Shown here: one piece after another, positions 11,848 to 21,028 of the stretch
Numbering within the stretch: the stretch's first letter is position 1
How the letters are laid out: every line of letters begins with the position of its first letter
Assembly: GCA_021432655.1 (NCBI GenBank)
Contig: MU271214.1
Coordinates: forward strand, 123,544 to 150,016
Direction: 5' to 3'
DNA length: 26,473 nucleotides
Source of the DNA: Atractiella rhizophila
Taxonomy: Eukaryota
Position numbers and translations under genes: made by a program
Notes under the pieces: model-generated
What the model was told of the DNA's origin: nothing
The model's database searches: none
Seen by the model: the letters and a program-made list of their open reading frames with translations, nothing else

Positions 11848-12108
11848 GGACCATCAACTGGAGAAATGGTTGCGCAAAGAGGAATGCCAAAAAGAAAGAG
11901 CGACGAGGACATGCTCTCACGTTGTCCTTCTGAGGACCTGATATTGCTTAAATGATTCAGTTTGTTGTTCTGCGCTTCTAAAGTCACAAATCTGCCTTAG
12001 TCATTAAGAGTCAAGGCATATAAGTATATGGCTTCTCGGGGCTGATCTCGTCTGACCACGGAACAAAACTAGCGTAACGACCAGAAAGGGAAGATTCGCT
12101 CACCTCGA
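11848..12108 (+). repeat. ~260-290 bp spacer block present three times (11848-12108, 15509-15784, 16239-16532)
   Basis: All three start ggaccatcaactggagaaatggttg, contain ttctgcgcttctaaa and attaagagtcaag, and end attcgctc(a/g)cctcga. Confidence 0.85.
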
Positions 12109-12409
12109 CTTATCCGAAGGATCTTGAAGATATTTTTTTGTGGTGTTGAAATCACCTTGTCTCTATATCAACATTGTCCTTTGCATGCACTCGGACCATG
12201 TTCTCGCACTAGAGAGGGAACGAACTTCTCAGGAACAATTTTTAAACTATTTGTCCCCAGTAGTCTTCACTGGTTAGTTTTGAATTGCATACCAGTGTAG
12301 GCACCATACTTAAACGAAGACGAAAAATTACAATGCAGAAACAGGCCAGCACAAATCAAAATATAGACAAGACCTCCATAAATTACGGCCGGATAATACA
12401 ACACTTTTC

Positions 12410-13974
12410 TCACGAACAATAGTCCATCTCTGAGCATTCGACTTCTTCTTCCACAGTCCCAAGTCTATCCTTCCCATGAGTACGCTTAACCAGCATGCAA
12501 TGAGTAGTACACCTGCCTTGCTTCCATCTTCGTCTCTATTTCAACATCAACCATCACACCAGGATAACTAGCCCGTAACTTCTCCTCGATTCGACGCTCT
12601 TCACTCTGAAGTTCAGTGTCGGATGGTTCAGGGATGGTAAAACTGCGAAACTTTGGAAGTGTATCGCTACATCTATGAGGGAAACTGCGGCTGCTGCCAC
12701 GGCTATCAACTGATTTTGCTACATATCGGAGGTGGAGGACTATGCGCGTAGCCATTATTGATGTGAATGTTAGGGTCAGCGGGCAGTTCAAAGTTGGGTT
12801 GCGTTCTGTAGGGAGACTGCGTTACGTTGCAGGTGTAAGTCAGTTCAGAGTGAATTTGGTATGAAAGATGGAAGAGGAGTACGAACGAGAAGAACACCAC
12901 GTTAATTAGGTTGCAAATTGTTACGATGACGAAGTATAGGACGCCGTCACGGAAGAAGACTGAGGGGAGGAGACTGAGCTTCCCATTCTGCCGCTGGGCG
13001 ATGAGCCATCTGTTGATGACTTAGCAACCAGAACCAGTCGGATGGAAGAACTGGGGACGGACACTAGCATGAATATTGTTGCCGTAGTGTCATAGAAGAG
13101 AAGGGGGACCCTGTGTTCCCCATCAGCGACGGGATTCTATTCGAATAGGACACAAACCAATAAATCCATTGGTGGCTCCAGTAAAGCATCAGCTTCCTTC
13201 ATATAAGACTGAGGGAAAACTAATCACTTTTGACCTCCTCTAACAACTGAGATACACCCCCTCAAGCCAGGCAGTCTTGGGGACTTGTCAGCCTATCTCT
13301 AACATCGTGCACAAAGACGAGATCGGATGAGACGCACAACTGCAATGCTTTGTTCTGAGAAAACGACCAGACCTGGACAGTGGTCCCAGCCATAGCCAAT
13401 ATTCCAAAGAAGTAAGCAACCCATTTCCGACGGTTCCACATCACCCACACTCTTGCGCCAAGGAGGAACTGGCAGTTCACTGCGTCCCTGTTGTATCAGT
13501 TTATTACATGCCTCAGATTAGGAAGACGCACAAAGAAGAATGGTGACTGCAATAGGCTTGAGAATGTGAATCTTGTCACATGTTTTTGGGGTGAATTCGA
13601 ACCAGAACAGATACATAGCCAGGACAAAAACTAAAAGGCTCCAGTAGCTGCATGTGTTACATAAGTTTACGGTGCACAGAGAGACGAGAGAGGTACCGGT
13701 TGAAGAAGAATGACACTCGGACTGATGTCCATCGGTCCGCCTTCCACATGTCCCTGTATTCGTCCGGGAAAGTAAGGATGAAGTCCCAGACATAGAGGGC
13801 GAAACATGCTGTTCTCCAGTTCAGCTCAGGTCACGCATGAAAGTGGCAACATCAACCAGTGAGATAGGTACGACTGGCTGAAAGAATTCTCTCTAGGGCA
13901 GCAGTTTGGAGAGCTAGGTCGAGCTGTTCTTCCACAGTAAGACTGGGATTTGCTGAAGAGGCAGAGGATGACAT
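12410..13974 (-). CDS. DUF6533-like ~7-TM (GPCR-like) membrane protein, copy 2, apparently intact, 10 exons
   Basis: Spliced protein MSSSASSANP...YLTACFALYVWDFILTFPDEYRDMW...FFFNRYWSLL...TCDKI...LLGARVWVMWNRRK...LPGLRGCIS...WIYWVPLLFYDT...FFRDGVLYF...IMATRIVLHLR...MDYCS*. The WD..LT..DE...W / F..NRY / RV...W / RDG.LYF / R..L.LR motif series is typical of this basidiomycete family. Some splice sites are weak (GTTGAT donor, GAG acceptor, GC donor). Confidence 0.8.
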
Positions 13975-14041
13975 GACGTCTCCTGAGCCCTAGGAAAAAT
14001 TACGAAGGTAGAAGTCGACAGCCTGTTATGAACCATGTTCC

Positions 14042-14047
14042 TTTATA
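14042..14047 (-). promoter_or_regulatory. TATA box of copy 2
   Basis: TATAAA ~70 nt upstream of the ATG. Same position in copy 4 (18415-18420) and copy 5 (20676-20682). Confidence 0.6.
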
Positions 14048-14345
14048 AGCTGGTACGAATATATTTCTATCCTTGAAGCAGTTGCAGGAAGCTCTGAGAA
14101 ACCCCTTTCAACCTGTGGGTAAATTGGGAAGTGTCGCAAAATGGCTCAGAAGGAAGACCCACCCATTGAGCTGCAGACTCGAAGGAACCTCAAAAGCGGG
14201 GGACGGCGACGCTTAGGTTCAGAGCACTCCATTCCCAACACTGTGTTAGTTTGCTTCTGCTTCTGAACACTTCTGTGGGAACAGGAATCTCAACATTCCA
14301 TATTTTGCTACACGCACAAAACTCGCTGCTTACGAATCAATGTAG

Positions 14346-14433
14346 GATTCATGTGGTCAATAAACAACAGTGCACACTCTACAAGACTTATCCAGACTTG
14401 GTTCGATTTGCCGAGTGGTGTCGCGATATCTGA
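14346..14433 (+). pseudogene. Duplicated terminal exon of the 9497-10773 gene, without upstream exons
   Basis: IHVVNKQQCTLYKTYPDLVRFAEWCRDI* has one substitution vs 10686-10773. The duplication breakpoint lies 7 nt into the preceding intron, so the donor is missing. Confidence 0.8.
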
Positions 14434-14866
14434 ATAAAAAGCCGCCACTTCGCTCAACATTCACATTATAGTTCTCGTGCCTTGTTCCCTCCTTTCTTCC
14501 GCTTCATTGCTATTGTCCGTCTTCCATCCCCATCCCCAGCACTTTGAATTTGTTCAATCGCAAAACCACAGCAACATCAGTTTCATCATAATATCATCAG
14601 TAGCAGCAACGTCCATCGTCATTCCAACTTTTTCGCCGTCTGTCGTGGCTTGATTTCCTTCGAACAAAAGCCAACCTTGGGCTAACCGCTTCGTTACCGT
14701 CTTCAGTTCTAAACTTCTAATTGCGAGCGTTCTCCATTCCATTTGGGTCCGTTGACGCAGGTATGAGGTTGTTTGTTGATAGATGATTGATTGCTTGAGC
14801 TGCTTTGGTACGCTAGGTTTCCAGTCTGTACGCACCTACACTTTGAATTGTGCAGCCCAAATAGAT

Positions 14867-15452
14867 TCAATAGAAAGCAGTATTGATACAGTCCATGTCG
14901 TGTGGGCGAAGTGAAAACTTGCATCTGATAATAAACTGACTCGCAATGAGTGGAGCACCTTATCTTGCTTCCACCTTCGTTGCTACCTGGACATTGACTA
15001 TCACACCAGTATAGCTAACTCGTAACTTCTCCTTCCTTCGCCGCTCTTCACTCTGACGTTTAGTGTCTGGTGGTTCATTGGACGGTGAAACTGTGCAGAA
15101 GTGGATCGCTACATCCTTGAGGGAAACTGCGGCTGCTGCCACCGTCAAATGATTTTGCTACAGATCGAAGGTGGAGGACTATGCGCGCAGCCATTATTGT
15201 TGTGAATGTTAGAGTGAGCGGACAGTTCAGCGTTGGGTTTTGGGTTGCTTTCTGTAGAGAGACTGCGTTATTTTGCAGATAATTCGGTGTGAAATTTGTA
15301 TGCACAGATGTGAAGAAGATACGAACGAGAAGAAAACCACCTTAACTCGTTTGCAAATTGATAAGACGATGAAGTAGAGAACGCCGTCACGAGTGAAGAC
15401 GGAGAGGAGGAGACCCGGTGCCTGGTGTGGCGCCGCTGGACGACGAGCCCTT
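14867..15452 (-). pseudogene. DUF6533-like gene fragment (copy 3): last three exons only, frameshifted
   Basis: Near-identical to 11207-11790. The last intron donor is destroyed (AG|ATAAGG instead of AG|GTAGGT). Confidence 0.85.
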
Positions 15453-16796
15453 TTTGGATGAGTTAGCAATCAGAATCAGCAGGGGTTTTCGAATATTTCA
15501 GAGAGGGCGGACCATCAACTGGAGAAATGGTTGCGCAAAGAGGAATGCCAAAAAGAAAGAGCGACGAGGACATGCTCTCGATCTCACATTGTCCTTCTGA
15601 GGATCTGATATTGCTTAAATGATTCAGTTTGTTGTTCTGCGCTTCTAAAGACACAAAACTGCCTTATTCATTAAGAGTCAAGGCATGTCAGTATACAAAC
15701 TCAGTGGCTTTCGGTGCTGATCGCGTCTGACCACGGAACAAAACTAGCGTAGACGAGCAGAAAGGGAAGATTCGCTCACCTCGAACAAGGATGAATTAAG
15801 AAAGGTATGAAAACCTTCATTGAGATACGCAGCAGAGGATGGGGTGAAGGATGTATACTATCCTCCACTTGCAACCAGGGAACTTCTCTCTGTCCACATC
15901 CTGTTTTAGTTCCTCCGGCCGCGGATTGTGTCTCCTTGTCGAAACAGAACTAAGGATTAGTTTTGTGACACGAACTTTCAACTGTGTGTTTCCGCTCCCA
16001 GTCTGCTTAGTTATTATGGTAGTGCACGAAATCCTGAAATTGGTTCACACAGCTTGATGCCCTTCTTCTTCTGGTTCATGTTGGCCGGGGCGATCGACGC
16101 AAGGCTTTGATAATCTCAGTCTGAACGTTCCAACACTCCTAAACGTGACTTCGTGCTTCCTATCACGCCAGCAGAGTCCTTTCCAACTCCAAGGTTTTCC
16201 AGGTTTTGAGAGAGGGCGAAGAGAGTGTTATTCAATTTGGACCATCAACTGGAGAAATGGTTGAGCAAAGAGGAATACCAAAAGCAAAAATGACGAGGAC
16301 ATGTTCTCGATCTCGCACTTTGTTCATCGAATCACCATGCAAGTCGGTCCAAGGATCCCATGATGGTTCAATGACGTAGTTCTGCGCTTCTAAAACCACA
16401 GAACCTGCCCCAGTCGATTAAGAGTCAAGATGTAAAAATACACAAACTCAATAGCTTCTCGTTGCTGATCTCATCTGACCAGCAGAAGAAAGCTAATGCA
16501 GAAGAGCAGAAAGGAAATATTCGCTCGCCTCGATTTGTCAGAAGGATCTTGAAGCAATATTGCCCTTAGCATGCACTCGAATCATGTCCTGGCACTGGAA
16601 ACAGAGCGAGCTGCTTAGAAACAGGTTTCAAACCATTTGTTCCCATTACTCTTCACTGGTCAGTTCTGAACTTTATACGAGTGTGAACATCATACTTTTA
16701 ACGAAGACGAAAATTACAATGCAGAAACAAGCGGCACAAAACAAAATATAGACAATACCCCCCATAAATTATGGCTGAATAGTACAACACTTTTTC

Positions 16797-18348
16797 TCAC
16801 GAACAATAGTCCATCTCTGAACATTCCCCTTCTTCTTCCACAGTCTCAAGTCTATCCATGCCATGAGTAAGCTTGACCAGCATGAAATGGGTACACCTGC
16901 CTTGCTTCCATCTTCGTCTCTATTTCAACATCAACCATCACACCAGGATAACTAGCCCGTAACTTCTCCTCGATTCGCCGCTCTTCACTTTGAAGTTCAG
17001 CGTCGGATGGTTCAGGGATGGTATAACTGCGAAACTTTGGAAGTGTATCGCTACATCTATGAGGGAAACTGCGGCTGCTGCCACGGCCATCAACTGATTT
17101 TGCGACATATCGGAGATGGAGGACTATGCGCGAAGCCATTATTGTTGTGAATGTTAGGGTCAGCGGACAGTTTAAAGTTGGGTTCCGTTCTGTAGGGAGA
17201 CTGCATTACATTGCAGGTGTAAGACGGTTCGGAATGAAATTGGCATGAAAGATGGGAGAGGAATACGAACGCGAAGAACACCACGTTAATTAGGTTGCAA
17301 ATTGATACGACGACGAAGTATAGGACGCCGTCACGGACGAAGACTTTGAGGAGGAGAGTGAGCCGCCCATTCTGCCGCTGAGCGATGAGCGACCTGTTGA
17401 TGACTTAGCATGCAGAATCAGTCAGATGGAAGAGCTGGTGACGGACACTAGCATGAATATCGTTGCCGTCGTGTCATAAAGGAGAAGGGGGACCCTGTGT
17501 TTCTCATCAGCGACGGGATCCTGTTCGACGAGGAGACAAACCAATAGATCCATGCGTAGCTCCACTAAAGCATTAGTTTCCTTCATACGAGACTGAGGGA
17601 AGACGAATCACTTCTGATCTCCTCTGACAACTGATATACACCCCCTCAAGCCAGGCAGTCTAGGGAACCTGTCAACAGTTTCTCTTCCATCGCACAAAGA
17701 CTAGAGACGTACAACCGCAATGCCTTGTTCTGAGAAAACGACCAGACCTGAACAGTCGTTCCAGCCATGGCCAATGTCCCAAAGAAGTAAGCAACCCATT
17801 TCCGACGGTTCCGCATCACCCACACTCTTGCACCAAGGAGGAACTGGCAGTTCACTACGTCCGCGTTGTATCAGTTTATTATATGCCTCAGATTAGGAGG
17901 ACGCACAAAGAAGAATGGTGACTGCGATAGGTTTGAGAATGTGAATCTTATCGCATGTTTTTGGGGTGAATTCGAACCAGAACAGACACATGGCGAGGAC
18001 AAAAACTAAAAGGCTCCAGTAGCTGCATGTGTCGCATAAGTTTACGCGCACAGGGAGACGAGAGAGGTACCGGTTGAAGAAGAATGACACTCGGACTGAT
18101 GTCCAACGGTCCGCCTTCCACATGTCCCTGTATTCGTCTGGGAAAGTAAGGATGAAGTCCCAGACATAGAGGGCGAAACATGCTGTTCTCCAGTTCAGCT
18201 CAAGTCACGCATGAAAGTGACAGCATCAACCAGTGAGATAGGTACGACTGGCTGAAAGAATTCTCTCTAGGGCAGCAGTTTGGAGAGCGAGGTTGAGCTG
18301 TTCTTCCACAGTAAGACTGGGATCTGCTGAAGGGGCAGAGGATGACAT
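16797..18348 (-). CDS. DUF6533-like ~7-TM membrane protein, copy 4, apparently intact, 10 exons
   Basis: Same intron positions and phases as copy 2. MSSSAPSADP...ACFALYVWDFILTFPDEYRDMW...LLGARVWVMRNRRK...YAWIYWVPLLLYDT...VFVRDGVLYFVVVSICNLINVVFF...MASRIVLHLR...MDYCS*. No frameshift or internal stop seen. Confidence 0.8.
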
Positions 18349-19110
18349 GACGTCTCCTGAGCCTTAGGAAAAATTACGATGATAAAAGTCGACTGCCTAT
18401 AGGAAACATGTTCCTTTATAAGTCTGGTTTGAATATATTTCTATCCTTGAAGTAGTTGCAGGCAGCTCTGAGAAACCCCTTCACCTGTGGATAAAATGGG
18501 AAGCGTCGCGAAAACGACTCAGAAGAGGACCCACCCATTGAGCTGTGGACTCGAAGGAACCTCAAAAGCGGTCGACCGCGACGCTTAGGTTCAGAGCACT
18601 CCATTTCAGCACTAGGTTAGTTTGCTTCTGCTTCTGAACACTTCTGTGGGAACGGGAATCTCGGAACAATAGCTGCACATTGCTGTTTTCAGCGTGCAGC
18701 TTGGGCAAACATCCTGTTAACGAAATACAGCATCCTATGACGGCACTGCTACTATTATCCGCACTTCGATGTTGGTGAGAGGCAGGGGGCTTGTGACATA
18801 GTAAGAGAAAGAGTTTTCATACACAACAACTTCATGAACAATGTATTATTATACGGCCCGAATCCGCCGCACGCAGGAAGGAAGATGAAATAAATTTAGC
18901 CTGATCTTCAAATGCCACCTCAGGACAGGACGTTTGAGCGCGATTCAGTCCCTGCGCACTGTTTCTCTGAGCTGTGACGATCTAGTCCATGACCGCGCAA
19001 TCTATGCGCACTCCACCCCCCAACATGCAAGAGGAACGGGCATACGCTCAGGTAGGAATATGGTGGTGACAAATACCCTATACATCGAGTCCAATTGTTT
19101 TATTTCTTCT

Positions 19111-20610
19111 TCACCACACTGCATTCCTCTGTGAAGTGTACCCATCGTCCACAGCTTCAATCCTATCTTTTCCATCAGAATCCTTAAAGACGCGCAAGAA
19201 TGAGCGTAGACGGACGTCTGTTCCATGTTTGCATCTGCCTTAACTTCAATTATCATGCCTGCGTAACTAACCCCAACTCCGTCTTGTCCCTCCTGGCTGT
19301 TCTCCAATTTCAGCCTTTCTAGGGCTTTTAACCTTTGGGACAGCATTGTTACATCCATAGGAACCACCAGTGTTGCCAACGTCATTGTCACCGGAGTTTG
19401 AGCCACAGGAAGCACACCGAATGTGAAGTACAATGCGAGAGGCCATCATAGCCGTGAATGTTACTGCATGCGGGGCATTCAAAGCTGGTACGAGTACTCC
19501 AGGAACACTGTTCGCAGGTCTACGTCAGTTCAGAGGAAAGTCCAGCATTCTGCGACATACGAGAAATAAACCGCATTGACCAGGTTGCAGGCAAATACAA
19601 TAAAATAGAGGACGCCGTCACGCATGAAAATGGAAAGGAGACGCGTCGGAGTTGTGTTGTGCCACTGAGCGAGGAGCGGTCTGTTAAGCCTTGTTCGCAA
19701 CGTATTAGAGGTGGAAGATCAGATGACTGACACGAGCATGAATATAGTTGCCGTCGTATCATAAAGGAGCAGCGGTATCCTGTCTTCTCAATCAGCATCT
19801 TCCCCGTGTTTCAGCCGGGACCAACCAAAAGGCCCATTGGTCACTTCACGAAGCGTCAGCTTTGTTCATGCAAGATTGAGGGAACATAACTCACCGCCGA
19901 CCCCTTCCAACGGAAATGCATCCCCTTAGACCGGGCAGTCTATGGGACAAGTCAGCGATTTAACTCCTGTACTCGGAAGAGCTACAAATGCAATGCCTCA
20001 TTGTGAGCGACTGACCAGACCTGAACAGCTGTACCGGCTATAGCGAAGATTCCGATGAAGTAAGCTACCCATTTTCGAGAGTTCCATATTAACCAGACTC
20101 TTGCACCAAACAGAAACTCGCAGGTCAGTTTGCACATGTGATTGTGGTCAATTGGTTTTCGAAGGAAGGAGAGAAACACACAGAAGAGGACTATGCTGCC
20201 AATAGGTCGAAGAAGGTGAATCTTGTTGCACGTTTTCGGGTGGAATTCAAATGAGAGAAGAGTCATTGAGAGGACAAAGTTTAGGAGACTCCAGTAACTT
20301 CATGTTCCTTGCTTGAGTCTACCGCGGGCGAAGAGAGGCTAGAGGGAAAGGTACCGGTTGAAGAAGAACACGACTCGGACTGGTGTCCAGCTTTCCACAT
20401 GGTCCTGTATTCGGCTGGGAAGGTGAGGATGAAGTCCCAAACGTAGATCGCAAACAATCTGTCCTCCAGTTCAGTCTAGTTCATATGAAGAAGTGAGAAA
20501 GCTGAGCCTGCGAGATAGGTACGACCGGAGGAAAAGACTTCCTCCAAAGCTGCACGTTTGAGAGCAAGCCCAACCCGCTCTTCTACTGTAAGACTTGGTG
20601 AGGACAACAT
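19111..20610 (-). pseudogene. DUF6533-like gene, copy 5: full length, more diverged, frameshifted
   Basis: All 10 exons recognisable (MLSSPSLTVEER..., LFAIYVWDFILTFPAEYRTMW, LFGARVWLIWNSRK, FMRDGVLYF, MASRIVLHIR). Lesions: intron-1 donor reads GCTCAG with a 1-nt phase mismatch at its acceptor, a 7-nt deletion at ~20390 (tggaaagc^tggaca), and a frameshift just after LHIR (~19410). Confidence 0.82.
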
Positions 20611-20714
20611 GACATGCCCTTTGTGCCAGGAAACCTGTGAAGAGGTGAAGTCTCAGCTTGGAGGCAAACAGACTCTTTTATAAATGTTTGTGAGCATACA
20701 ACTGATCTGGACGT

Positions 20715-20968
20715 TGACAAAATTGTACGCCTCCTCCTTTCGCCACTTGCGCACTTGCACGTTTCCACTTTCGTCGAGCGTGTTCTGGAACTGTGGCAAC
20801 TTCTCTTTTGCCACAGGGATCTTAGCTATAAAAGCCTTTCACCTGCAAGTGCGAGACTCACACTTATTTGTTATCTCGCACTTCGCAGGTAATGTAGTTC
20901 CCATACATACTAAATGCAACACACACTTATTTGTTATCTCACACTTCGCAGCGCTCGCACATTTGTCA
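20715..20968 (+). repeat. 5' LTR
   Basis: 254 bp, 4 substitutions vs the 3' LTR. TATAAAA at 20827-20833, hairpin at 20791-20816, 30-bp internal direct repeat (20859-20888, 20922-20951). Confidence 0.97.
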
Positions 20969-20970
20969 AT

Positions 20971-20983
20971 TGTTAGCAAGAGC
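20971..20983 (+). promoter_or_regulatory. Putative primer-binding site (tRNA-iMet-like, imperfect)
   Basis: TGTTAGCAAGAGC, 2 nt after the LTR, resembles a TGGTAGCAGAGC-type copia PBS but has TGT in place of TGG. Confidence 0.45.
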
Positions 20984-21028
20984 TACGTTCATATCTAGCC
21001 AAGTTCTCCGTCGCTTCACGAGCCCAGG

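Larger units (their letters stand above)
10634..14292 (+). repeat. Tandem segmental duplication, unit A (~3.66 kb)
   Basis: The sequence from cattccatattttgctacacgc (10634) recurs at 14294 (offset 3660). Both units end in ...cttctgaacacttctgtgggaac(a/g)ggaatctc. Confidence 0.95.
14294..18662 (+). repeat. Tandem segmental duplication, unit B (~4.37 kb, with ~750 bp extra at ~15785-16532)
   Basis: Collinear with 10634-14292. Carries an orphaned last exon of the 9497-10773 gene (14346-14433), fragment copy 3 and full copy 4. Confidence 0.93.

Noticed and set aside
20859..20951. 30-bp repeat / 33-bp spacer / 30-bp repeat resembling a mini CRISPR array
   Set aside because: Only two repeats, inside a eukaryotic LTR, with the same spacer in both LTRs and no cas genes.
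20684..20998. ORFs spanning the LTRs (also 25091-25387) with a repeated HLFVISHFA peptide
   Set aside because: Translation of the 30-bp LTR repeat; non-ATG or outside-LTR starts; no coding evidence.
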